64,000 bases of DNA from Nakamurella sp. (GTDB taxonomy: Bacteria; Actinomycetota; Actinomycetes; Mycobacteriales; Nakamurellaceae): assembly GCA_037720195.1 (NCBI GenBank), contig JBBJML010000019.1, positions 8,693 through 72,692 of the forward strand, read 5' to 3'. Both the position numbers and the translations under genes were made by a program. Shown here piece by piece: positions 12,944 through 21,169 of the stretch. Below the pieces are notes generated by a model that saw nothing but the letters and a program-made list of their open reading frames with translations, made no database searches and was not told the DNA's origin. Position 1 is the stretch's first letter. Each line of letters opens with the position of its first letter.

Positions 12944-13042
12944 TGTTCGCGGACCTGACGGTCGCGTGCGGCGGATGTTCGCGGTACTGACGGTCGCGTG
13001 CGGCGGATGTTCGCGGTACTGACGGTCGCGTGCGGCTGATGC
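12942..13042 (+). repeat. Tandem repeat, 3 x 32 bp plus a partial unit, starting at the der stop codon
   Basis: The units GATGTTCGCGG(A/T)(C/A)CTGACGGTCGCGTGCGGC(G/T) lie at 12942-12973, 12974-13005 and 13006-13037, followed by GATGC. The array fills the gap between convergent der and the GGDEF gene. Confidence 0.9.
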
Positions 13043-13054
13043 ATCGCGCCCGGG

Positions 13055-14626
13055 TCACCCGGCGAACGTGATGCGGTTGCGACCGGCCAGCTTCGCTTCG
13101 TACAGCCCGCGATCGACACGCTCCATCAGCTGCTCGACCGACTCGCTGCCGTCCCAGATCGCGTAGCCGACGCTGCAGGTCTCCCCGTCTGGAACGGCGT
13201 CGCCGAGCACCAGTAGTGCAGGCTCGACATCTTCGATGCGGTCCACGACCCGGGCGAGCGCAAATTCCTCTCCGCCCCATCGGCTCAGCACGGACCCCGC
13301 GTCCTGATCGGCGGCGAGGGTTGAGCCGGCTGCCCGCGCGAACCTTCGGATCAGCTCGTCCCCGGCGAGATGGCCGTGGGCGTCGTTGTAGGCCTTGAAG
13401 TGGTCGAGGTCTGCCAACCCGACCACGAGGATCCGTGCCGTGTTGCGCGCGGAGCTCATCAGCATCGGCAGGCGCTCGGTCCAGGAACGTCGGTTGGCCA
13501 ACCCGCTGAGTTCGTCGGTGGTCGCGAGCAGTTCCAGCCGCCGCAGCAGGGTGGCCTGGTGGACGGCCATCGCCGTCTGCCCGGCCAGCAGTGGCATCAT
13601 GCCGTGGGGGTCGAGCCCGCCGGGACCGGGTGCCGTTCGGCTGCCGACGACCAGCAGCGCGACCACGTCCGTCTCAAGTCGCACCGGGACCACGTCCAGG
13701 GCCTCAAGGGCGATTTCCTGCAGGCGATCGCCGAGCTGCGGATCGGCCGCGATCGCTGCCGAGTCGAGCGTGCGGACCTCTCCCGACGCCCAGGCGCGCC
13801 CCAAGTCTGAACCGGGATCCCAGGGGAGGGTCGCGCCGACGGCGCGCGGCACGGTCGCGGCGGTCACGACGAGCGAGGCGCTCTGGTCACTGCGCTCGAG
13901 CAGCACAGCTCCGTCGGCATCGATCATCCGCATGGCCGCGTGGACCATCTCGTTGCGGAAGTCTCCCGCCGACGGAAGCGACCGGACGACATCGATCACC
14001 GTGCGCAACCGCTGCTCGGAGTCCCGCAGCAGCAGGTCCGCGGCCTTGAGGTCGGTGACATCCTGCATGTGGGCGATCGTCCACTCCTGCCCGATCGGGC
14101 CGCGGGTGTGCGAGATGGACATCCAGACCCATCTGACCTCGCCGGACGGCCGGACGAAACGCTTCTGGATCTGCGGGGCCTCGTGCGGACTGCTGCGGAT
14201 CAGGGAACCGGCACTGCTGTGCCCGGCCAGATCGTCGGGGTGGGTGAACGGGATGCTCGAACTGCCCAACACCTCGTGGTCCGGACGGCCGAACAGCCGG
14301 CACAGGGCCGGGTTGACGGCGATGAACGATCCGCGTTCGTCAGCCAGCCCCATCGCCACCGGGGAGTCGAAGAACATCTGCCGGAACGCGGTCGGAGCCG
14401 TCTCGATCGCGTCACCACGGATCTCCCGGGGGCGGGGGTTCACCGATCCTCCGGGGCCGGACGAATCCCGACCGGCTGCAACTGCGGGTTCCCCCTCCGC
14501 GGGCCGGTATGCGGGTACTTCCGTGTCCAGGGCGGACGGGCGCACGAGGAGGCGCCTGCGTTCGACATCCTGGGTACCTTCCACCGGGCCGATCGTACGG
14601 GCGGGTACGCCGGTCGCCGCCGGCAC
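13055..14626 (-). CDS. PAS-GAF-GGDEF diguanylate cyclase
   Basis: The C-terminal GGDEF domain includes RRSW, DLDHFKAYNDAHGHLAGDELI and an active-site GGEEF. The N-terminal PAS region is FRQMFFDSPVAMGLADERGSFIAVNPALCRLFG. The central region is GAF-like. No EAL domain is present. Confidence 0.88.
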   Translation of the reverse strand: MPAATGVPARTIGPVEGTQDVERRRLLVRPSALDTEVPAYRPAEGEPAVAAGRDSSGPGGSVNPRPREIRGDAIETAPTAFRQMFFDSPVAMGLADERGSFIAVNPALCRLFGRPDHEVLGSSSIPFTHPDDLAGHSSAGSLIRSSPHEAPQIQKRFVRPSGEVRWVWMSISHTRGPIGQEWTIAHMQDVTDLKAADLLLRDSEQRLRTVIDVVRSLPSAGDFRNEMVHAAMRMIDADGAVLLERSDQSASLVVTAATVPRAVGATLPWDPGSDLGRAWASGEVRTLDSAAIAADPQLGDRLQEIALEALDVVPVRLETDVVALLVVGSRTAPGPGGLDPHGMMPLLAGQTAMAVHQATLLRRLELLATTDELSGLANRRSWTERLPMLMSSARNTARILVVGLADLDHFKAYNDAHGHLAGDELIRRFARAAGSTLAADQDAGSVLSRWGGEEFALARVVDRIEDVEPALLVLGDAVPDGETCSVGYAIWDGSESVEQLMERVDRGLYEAKLAGRNRITFAG

Positions 14627-14745
14627 CGGCCAAGCTCACCCGGTCGACGACACCGATTCGCGGAGCGAACGCCTGTCGACCAGTGTTGGCCCCGTATTCG
14701 CCCGATCGCGGCTACGTCGTCCCCTCCCTGTGGAGTGATGATCAC

Positions 14746-15858
14746 GTGCGCGTTGCCGTGGTTGCGGAATCGTTCCTTCCCCACTTGAACGGTGTCACCG
14801 GATCGGTGCTCCGTGTCCTGGACCACCTGAGTGCCCGGGGCCATCCGGCGATGGTGGTGGCCGCCGGACATCGGGCCCCGATCAGCTACCGGGGGACGCC
14901 GGTGGTGCACGTGCCGTCGATGGGGGTGCCCGGGTATCCACAGGTCCGGATCAGTGTGGCCACCGCACACCGGCTGACCGAACTGCTCGGTGCGTTCGCG
15001 CCGGACGTGGTGCACCTGGCGTCACCGCTGCTGCTGGGCAACACCGCGACCAAGGCGGCGTCGACCCTCGACGTGCCGACGGTGGCCGTCTTCCAGACCG
15101 ACGTGGCAGCGTTTGCCGAGCGGTACGGCTTTCCCGGCTGGTCCATGCGGATCTGGAACCGCACCCTGGAGATCCACGGTGCCGCAGCGCGGACGCTGGC
15201 CCCTTCCGCGTATGCAGAGCAGGCGCTGCACCAGCGAGGAGTTCCGCGGGTCCATCGCTGGGCGAGGGGAGTCGACGTCGAGCGATTCCGCCCCCGCACG
15301 CGGCCCGTCGGTCGGTTCGCTGCCCCTGGCCGGGTGGTCGTCGGGTTCCACGGTCGTCTCGCTCCGGAGAAGCAGTTGGAGGATCTCGCCGTCCTCGACG
15401 CACTACCGGGTGTCCAGTTGGTGCTGGTGGGTGACGGTCCGTCCAGGACGAAGCTGCGAGCATTGCTTCCCAATGCCATCTTCACCGGCAGCCTGACGGG
15501 CGACGACCTCGCCGACGCGGTGGCGTCCTTCGACGTGATGGTGCACCCGGGTGAATCGGAGACGTTCTGCCAGTCGGTGCAGGAGGCCCTGGCGTCCGGG
15601 GTCCCGGTGATCGCGCCGGCCGCCGGTGGCGTCCAGGAGCTGGTGGTGCCCTCACGCACCGGTTGGCTCTATGCCCCCGGTGATGTCGCCGGGCTCCGCG
15701 CCGCGGTGCTCGACCTGGTGGGTGACGGCGCGAAGCGGCGGGCCTTCGGTGCCGCGGCGCGGCAGTCGGTGCGAGGACGCAGCTGGGAGGTGCTGGGCGA
15801 TCAGTTGGTCGCGCACTACCGACAGGCGATCCGCGAGCACTCCGGGATCAGGCGATGA
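14746..15858 (+). CDS. Glycosyltransferase family 4 (GT-B, retaining)
   Basis: GTG start chosen at VRVAVVAESFLPHLNGVTGSV, a typical GT4 N-terminus. The C-terminal EX7E-type region is PGESETFCQSVQEALASGVPVIA. Confidence 0.85.
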   Translation: MRVAVVAESFLPHLNGVTGSVLRVLDHLSARGHPAMVVAAGHRAPISYRGTPVVHVPSMGVPGYPQVRISVATAHRLTELLGAFAPDVVHLASPLLLGNTATKAASTLDVPTVAVFQTDVAAFAERYGFPGWSMRIWNRTLEIHGAAARTLAPSAYAEQALHQRGVPRVHRWARGVDVERFRPRTRPVGRFAAPGRVVVGFHGRLAPEKQLEDLAVLDALPGVQLVLVGDGPSRTKLRALLPNAIFTGSLTGDDLADAVASFDVMVHPGESETFCQSVQEALASGVPVIAPAAGGVQELVVPSRTGWLYAPGDVAGLRAAVLDLVGDGAKRRAFGAAARQSVRGRSWEVLGDQLVAHYRQAIREHSGIRR

Positions 15859-16988
15859 GCGCAGCGCCGATGCACATCGTCCAGGTGGCAAACTTCTACG
15901 GCCCGCGTTCCGGCGGTCTGCGGACCTGCCTGCAGGCATTGGGACGGGGCTATCTGGCTGCGGGGCAGCACTTCTCGGCGGTGGTGCCCGGAGAGCAGGA
16001 CGCCACGGCGGAGACCGACTTCGGCACCCTGTACACCGTGCGGTCCCCGGTGGTGCGGCTGCTCGGTGACTACCGGGTGATCGTCCGCACGCGGTCGGTG
16101 CGTCGGTTGCTGGAACGGCTCGGTCCCGATCGACTGGAGGTCAGTGACCGGTCGACGCTGCACGGGCTCGGGACCTGGGCCGGCCGGCGCGGCATCCCGA
16201 CGGTGTTCTTCGCGCACGAACGTCTGGACGGGGTGCTGGCGTCCGTCGGTGTTCCGGCCGGCCCGGCCCGACGGCTCGCCGATCTGCGAAACCGCCGCAC
16301 TGCAACATCTTTCGGCCAGGTGGTGGCCACGACGTCCTTCGCCGCTGTCGAGTTCGAACGCATCGGCGCGACCAACCTCCGACGCGTCCCGCTCGGCGTG
16401 GATCTGTCGGCCCACGGAGCCGCTGACGGGTCGTCGGGGTCCCCGGCGCAGGAGGGGAGTCGGTCGCTGGAACTGCTGGTCTGCAGCAGGTTGTCGGTCG
16501 AGAAACAGGTGGAGCTGGCGGTGCGGGCGCTGATCGAGCTGCGCCGGCGCGGCGTCGATGCGCAGCTGACCGTGGTGGGCGACGGTCCGCAGCGGCAGCG
16601 CCTGGAGCGCCTGGCTGCCGGACATCCGGTGCGGTTCCTGGGTTTTGTCACCGACCGTGCTGAGGTCGCTGCCCGACAACGCGCCGCCGACATCGCGCTG
16701 GCACCAGGACCGATCGAGACGTTCGGGCTGGCCGCACTGGAGTGTCTGGCGGCCGGTACGCCGGTGGTGGTGAACGCCGCGTCCGCACTCCCCGAGGTGA
16801 TCGGTGACGACCCGGCCGTCGGTCGCGCTGCCTCCGGTGACCCGGAGTCATTCGCCGACGCGGTGCTCGCGCTCGCCGCTGCGGGCCACCCGACCGCAGC
16901 GCGGGCGCGTGCCGCGCAGTTCCCGTGGTCCCGCACGATCGACGAGATGCTCAGCGTGCACCGGATCGGTTCGGTGCTGCGGGCATGA
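15855..16988 (+). CDS. Glycosyltransferase family 4
   Basis: ATGA overlap with the upstream GT. N-terminus IVQVANFYGPRSGGLRT. The C-terminal PGPIETFGLAALECLAAGTPVV block is present. Confidence 0.85.
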   Translation: MSAAPMHIVQVANFYGPRSGGLRTCLQALGRGYLAAGQHFSAVVPGEQDATAETDFGTLYTVRSPVVRLLGDYRVIVRTRSVRRLLERLGPDRLEVSDRSTLHGLGTWAGRRGIPTVFFAHERLDGVLASVGVPAGPARRLADLRNRRTATSFGQVVATTSFAAVEFERIGATNLRRVPLGVDLSAHGAADGSSGSPAQEGSRSLELLVCSRLSVEKQVELAVRALIELRRRGVDAQLTVVGDGPQRQRLERLAAGHPVRFLGFVTDRAEVAARQRAADIALAPGPIETFGLAALECLAAGTPVVVNAASALPEVIGDDPAVGRAASGDPESFADAVLALAAAGHPTAARARAAQFPWSRTIDEMLSVHRIGSVLRA

Positions 16989-17893
16989 GCCGATCGGCGG
17001 CGCCCTCGCTCGCGCCCCTCGTGGACGTCGAGATCGTCCCCGTCCCCGTCCCCGTCCCCGTACGTGACGGCGATCCGGGGTCGCAGGCCCCTGGGCCGTG
17101 CGCGCTGGCGGCCGCGCCGTCGCGGCCGCGCATCGTCGCACTCGGGGACTCCGTCACGGTCGGCGTGGGTGACGTCGACGAGCGGGGCTGGGCCGTCCAT
17201 CTGGCCCACGTGCTGGGCGGGACGCTCGTCAACCTCGCCGCCAACGGGGCCAGGGCGCACACGGTGGTCACGGAGCAGCTCGACGCGGCCCTCGCGTCGC
17301 AGCCGGCGGTGGCGACCCTGATGATCGGCGGGAACGACGTGCTCCGCGGCGACTTCGACGCGCGCGACGTCGGCTCCGCCGTCGAGCAGTCCCTGCTCCG
17401 GCTGCTGGCCACCGGGTGCACCGTGGTGCTGGTGTTGCCGCCGCCGGTCGGGCGAGCCCTCCCGGCCCCGGCGATCGTGCGGCGGGTGCTGGCGCGCCGC
17501 ATGGACCTGGTGCGAGCGGTGACTCTCGCTGTGGTGCAGCGGATCTCACCGGCGGCCGAATTGCTGGTGCTCGACAGCACTCGGGTCCAGGAGGTCGGGG
17601 GAGACCGGGTTCTGCACATCGACCGGATCCATCCTTCGCCCCTCGGGCACCGGCTGCTCGCCGATCAGGTGGCCACGCTGTTGGGTGAGCGGGGTTTCGA
17701 TACGCAGGCGGTGATGTCACCGGTTCCGAACCCGCTGCCGCGACGCGAGCGGCTGTGGTGGCTGATCGTCAGAGGTACCCCCTGGCTGATCCGGCGGAGC
17801 CGGGATCTGTTGCCGCAGTTGGTGATCACGGTGCTGCGCGAGGAGCGGCGCAGGCGCGTCGAGCAGCGGGACGCGCGGCGGGTCGTCGGGTGA
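16985..17893 (+). CDS. SGNH/GDSL-family hydrolase or acyl-esterase
   Basis: ATGA overlap with the upstream GT. Block I is IVALGDSVTVGVGD, with GGND and DRIHPS (DxxH) blocks. The N-terminal (VP)n tract is encoded by a hexanucleotide repeat. Confidence 0.85.
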   Translation: MSRSAAPSLAPLVDVEIVPVPVPVPVRDGDPGSQAPGPCALAAAPSRPRIVALGDSVTVGVGDVDERGWAVHLAHVLGGTLVNLAANGARAHTVVTEQLDAALASQPAVATLMIGGNDVLRGDFDARDVGSAVEQSLLRLLATGCTVVLVLPPPVGRALPAPAIVRRVLARRMDLVRAVTLAVVQRISPAAELLVLDSTRVQEVGGDRVLHIDRIHPSPLGHRLLADQVATLLGERGFDTQAVMSPVPNPLPRRERLWWLIVRGTPWLIRRSRDLLPQLVITVLREERRRRVEQRDARRVVG

Positions 17894-17958
17894 GCCACAC
17901 GGTGGGCACCACCCCCGCGCCGGGTGTTCAAGGTGCGTCGGGGATCGCCCGCACCGGT

Positions 17959-18780
17959 TCAGTTGGCGGTGGTGAGGCGTTGCAGCGCCATCGCCATGAC
18001 GGTGTGCGGGAACGCGGCCGCGTCCGGGTCGTCGTCCTGCAGGTGCCAGATCCCCGACACCGCCGACCACGCGACGATCCATTCCAACATCGTCCGTTCT
18101 CCGATCGCAGCCTGACGGCAGACGAGCGCCAGCCTGGCATCGAAGTGCCGGGTGGCCTCGGGCAGCGTCCAGTTCGTGAAGATGTTCGCGTGGTCGAAGG
18201 CTCGTGGGCCGATCACGCCCTTGGGATCGATGAACAACCACCCGCGGGGTGAAGCGAGCAGGTTCTCGGCATGCACATCGCCGTGCAGCAGGACAGGTTC
18301 TTCGTTGCGCTGCAACAACCCCTGCGCACAGTGGCGGGCGTGTGCGAAACGGTCGGCGCGGTCGTCCAGCAGGGCGCGCAGATGATCTCGGAGCGGCACG
18401 AACGGTCCGCCGGCCGGTGCCGGGAGGGTGTGCAGCTCCCGTACCGATGCGGTCAACAGCGCAGTGCGGACGGCGTCGTCCGGCTCGGACGCCCGGAGGG
18501 TTGTTCCGGCTCGCTCCATGATCGTCGCGTCCGCGTCCCGGTGCAGCACGCGCACCGAACCCCGTCCGTCCCAGTGGCCCAGCGCTTGGATGCCCCGCAG
18601 TTCCTCCGGCGCAGCGGTCACCTTGAGCATCGCGGGAGCCCCCCGCCAGGTCACCGGGCAGAGCAGGCAGGCGGCCGTGCGGAACGGCTCACCGTCCTGT
18701 CGGGCACCGGTCTGCGCGAGAAGAGCCGGCAGTCTCCGCAACGGTGGTGGCCGGAGGGCGGAGGGTTCGGATGACGGCAC
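17959..18780 (-). CDS. Aminoglycoside phosphotransferase family kinase (APH(6)/streptomycin 6-kinase-like)
   Basis: Catalytic loop LLHGDVHAENLL followed by WLFIDPKG. Length is about 270 aa. Confidence 0.75.
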   Translation of the reverse strand: MPSSEPSALRPPPLRRLPALLAQTGARQDGEPFRTAACLLCPVTWRGAPAMLKVTAAPEELRGIQALGHWDGRGSVRVLHRDADATIMERAGTTLRASEPDDAVRTALLTASVRELHTLPAPAGGPFVPLRDHLRALLDDRADRFAHARHCAQGLLQRNEEPVLLHGDVHAENLLASPRGWLFIDPKGVIGPRAFDHANIFTNWTLPEATRHFDARLALVCRQAAIGERTMLEWIVAWSAVSGIWHLQDDDPDAAAFPHTVMAMALQRLTTAN

Positions 18781-18876
18781 CCGACCAGGGTAGGAGCACC
18801 GGGTGACACGATGGGACGAACCGGACTCCGATCAGCGGCGACGACGCCCTGACCCACCCGAGAACAGGAGCAGACG

Positions 18877-19818
18877 ATGACGTTGGCACTCGATCCGGAG
18901 GTGGGCGCTGCGCTCCAGGCGCTGGTGGCCCAGGCAGGGGAGCCCGCGCCGCTCGCGGTGGGCGACGTCGCCGGGCGCAGGGAGGCGGTGGCGCAACTGC
19001 TGACCGCGCTGGGCAGCTTCGTACAGCCGGCGCCGGACGTGACGGTCGAGTCGACGTCGTTGCAGGTCGACGGGGCCGAGCTGGAGCTGCGGTTGTATCG
19101 GCCGGCGCAGCCGTCGGGATCGGCGGCGCTGTACGTCCACGGCGGCGGCATGATCGCCGGTTCGGTGGAGATCTACGACCCGATCATCCGGTCGTACGTG
19201 CAGGCATCCGGGGTCCCGCTGGTCGCGGTCGACTACCGCCTGGCGCCCGAGTTCCCGCACCCGACGCCGGTCGAGGACTGCTTCGCCGCGCTGCGGTGGT
19301 TGGTCGATCATGCCGCGGACCTGGGCGCGGACCCGGAACGGATCGGAGTGATCGGCGACTCGGCCGGCGGTGGCCTGTCCGCCGGGCTCGCCCTGCTGGC
19401 CAGGGATCGCGGCGTACCGGTGGCGCGGCAGATCCTCATCTATCCGATGCTGGATGACCGCAACACCTCCCCGGATCCGAGAATCGCGCCGTTCGCGGTC
19501 TGGACCTACGACGACAACATCACCGGGTGGGGGAGCCTGCTCGGCGACGCCGCCGGTGGGGACGACGTCCCGCCGTCGGCGGCCCCGGCCAGAGCCGGGT
19601 CGCTGAGGGGCCTCGCCCCGGCCTACGTCGAGGTCGGCCAGCTCGACATCTTCGCCGAGGAGGACGTCACCTATGCCCGTCGACTGATGGCTGCCGGCGT
19701 GCCCACGGAGCTGCACGTCCACCCGGGCTGTCCGCATGCGTTCGAGGCCTTCGCCCCGGACTCCGCGGTGGCCCGCCGCGCCGTCGCCGACCGGGTTCGC
19801 CAGCTGCAACTGCTCTGA
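18877..19818 (+). CDS. Alpha/beta hydrolase, hormone-sensitive-lipase-like esterase
   Basis: It has an HGGG oxyanion motif (LYVHGGGMIAGS), the nucleophile elbow GDSAGG, and a C-terminal HPGCPHAF. Confidence 0.88.
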   Translation: MTLALDPEVGAALQALVAQAGEPAPLAVGDVAGRREAVAQLLTALGSFVQPAPDVTVESTSLQVDGAELELRLYRPAQPSGSAALYVHGGGMIAGSVEIYDPIIRSYVQASGVPLVAVDYRLAPEFPHPTPVEDCFAALRWLVDHAADLGADPERIGVIGDSAGGGLSAGLALLARDRGVPVARQILIYPMLDDRNTSPDPRIAPFAVWTYDDNITGWGSLLGDAAGGDDVPPSAAPARAGSLRGLAPAYVEVGQLDIFAEEDVTYARRLMAAGVPTELHVHPGCPHAFEAFAPDSAVARRAVADRVRQLQLL

Positions 19819-19891
19819 CCCGGCACCCGTCGGCGGGTGCCGGAGCGGCGGCCTGGCTGCGGTAGTCTTGTCAGGCTGCCTCGTGCAGTGG

Positions 19892-19965
19892 CGGGCTGTG
19901 GCGCAGCTTGGTAGCGCACCTGACTGGGGGTCAGGGGGTCGCAGGTTCAAATCCTGTCAGCCCGA
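19892..19965 (+). tRNA. tRNA-Pro (anticodon GGG)
   Basis: It folds by hand into a cloverleaf. The acceptor is CGGGCTG/CAGCCCG, the D arm is GGCGCAGCTTGGTAGCGC, and the anticodon arm is CCTGA-CTGGGGG-TCAGG (anticodon GGG). The T arm is GCAGGTTCAAATCCTGT. CCA is not encoded. Confidence 0.9.
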
Positions 19966-19975
19966 CCGTGTCGAG

Positions 19976-20015
19976 AAGGCCAGGTCAGAGTGGTGAAACG
20001 CTCTGACCTGGCCTT
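19976..20015 (+). terminator. Intrinsic-terminator-like hairpin after tRNA-Pro
   Basis: Perfect 15-bp stem AAGGCCAGGTCAGAG / CTCTGACCTGGCCTT with a 10-nt loop, followed by TCTC. Confidence 0.75.
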
Positions 20016-20199
20016 TCTCATGCCCTGGTGCGGGAACCCCTGCCGCGACCTTGTCGCTGGTGACAAGCGCTGTTGCTGGCTTCGAGGACACCCCTCCGGC
20101 CAGCAACAACCCGGTTCACCAGCGAGAGGCCGCTTCCCGCCGCGCTTCGCCAGGCGTGACAACCTTCTCCTCAGATCTCGCCCGGACTAGATTCTGTGG

Positions 20200-20541
20200 A
20201 TGAGCCGAATCTTCACCACGGACGTCGCATCGGTGTATCCGCTCTACGTGAAGAAGGCGGAGCGCAAGGGCCGCAGCCGCGCTGAAGTGGACGAGATCTT
20301 CCGGTGGCTCACCGGGTTCGACGAGTCGACCATGCAGCGGCATCTCGACGAGAAGACCACGTTCGAGGAGTTCTTCGCCGCGGCGCAGCTGCATCCGAAC
20401 GTCTCGCTGATCACCGGGACGGTGTGCGGCATCCGGGTCGAGAACGTGGAGGATCCGCTGATGCAGAAGATCCGCTACCTGGACAAGCTGGTGGACGAGC
20501 TGGCGAAGGGCAAGCCGATGGAGAAGATCCTGCGGAGCTGA
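20200..20541 (+). CDS. DUF2200 family protein
   Basis: The N-terminus [37 protein letters not shown] matches my memory of the DUF2200 family. Codon usage is visibly A/T-richer than in neighbouring genes. Confidence 0.65.
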   Translation: MSRIFTTDVASVYPLYVKKAERKGRSRAEVDEIFRWLTGFDESTMQRHLDEKTTFEEFFAAAQLHPNVSLITGTVCGIRVENVEDPLMQKIRYLDKLVDELAKGKPMEKILRS

Positions 20542-20668
20542 GGCCGGACGCCGTACACGGCCACGTCCGCGGAATCACCCGATTCGGGCACCGTCAGCAC
20601 TGGCGCCGGACCCGTGTGGTCCGGCATGATCGCCGGAAGGTCTGTCCGACCGGCACGGGGGAGAACAC

Positions 20669-21043
20669 ATGCTCTATCTGGGTGGGGTCGTCGGGTTCGC
20701 GCTGCTGGCGCTGTGGGTCTTCTGCCTGGTGGACGTCATCCTCACGCCGGAGGGGGAGTGCCGCAATCTTCCGAAGCTGGCGTGGTTGCTGATCGTGCTG
20801 ATCCTGCCGGACGTCGGCTCGATCATCTGGCTGATCGCGGGGCGGCCACGCAGCACCCAGCCGCGCTTCAGCGGGCACTACGCAGGTGCGCGACCCAGCG
20901 GGTTCCCGGAGTACGAGCGACCCGGTCGGGCCACCGCGTCCACCCCGGAGGCCGATGCCGAGTTCCTCGCCCAGTGCCGTGCCCGGGCGGAGGAGCAGCG
21001 CGCCGCTGCACGCCGGCGGGACGCGGAGCCGGGCGCGGACTGA
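20669..21043 (+). CDS. Small membrane protein with PLD-nuclease N-terminal-like (PLDc_N) domain
   Basis: It has two TM helices, with the motif LPKLAWLLIVLILPDVGSIIWLIAGRP typical of PLDc_N small proteins, and a charged C-terminal tail. Confidence 0.65.
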   Translation: MLYLGGVVGFALLALWVFCLVDVILTPEGECRNLPKLAWLLIVLILPDVGSIIWLIAGRPRSTQPRFSGHYAGARPSGFPEYERPGRATASTPEADAEFLAQCRARAEEQRAAARRRDAEPGAD

Positions 21044-21058
21044 GCCGGTGGATCCGAC

Positions 21059-21163
21059 GGGATCTCGACTCCTGCATCGCTCGATCGGCGTGGGTGGGTC
21101 TCGGCTCCTGCGTCGCTCGATCGGCGTAGGTCGATTCTCTTCTGCTGCGTCGATCGATGAGCG
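21059..21163 (+). repeat. Three tandem short-form copies of the dispersed intergenic repeat
   Basis: GGGATCTCGACTCCTGCATCGCTCGATCGGCG lies at 21059-21090. GGGTCTCGGCTCCTGCGTCGCTCGATCGGCG lies at 21096-21126. A degenerate third copy lies at 21128-21163. The array sits between convergent genes. Confidence 0.75.
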
Positions 21164-21169
21164 TCGAGG

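Noticed and set aside
12944-12991. 15-codon ORF (MFA(D/V)LTVACGGCSRY) regenerated in each 32-bp repeat unit
   Set aside because: It is an artefact of the repeat periodicity. There is no SD, and it is not independent evidence of coding.
12942-13042. Tandem repeats as a CRISPR array
   Set aside because: The units are directly abutting with no spacers, there are only three copies, and no cas genes are nearby. The 96-bp duplication at 55685-55876 and the array at 21059-21163 are rejected for the same reasons.
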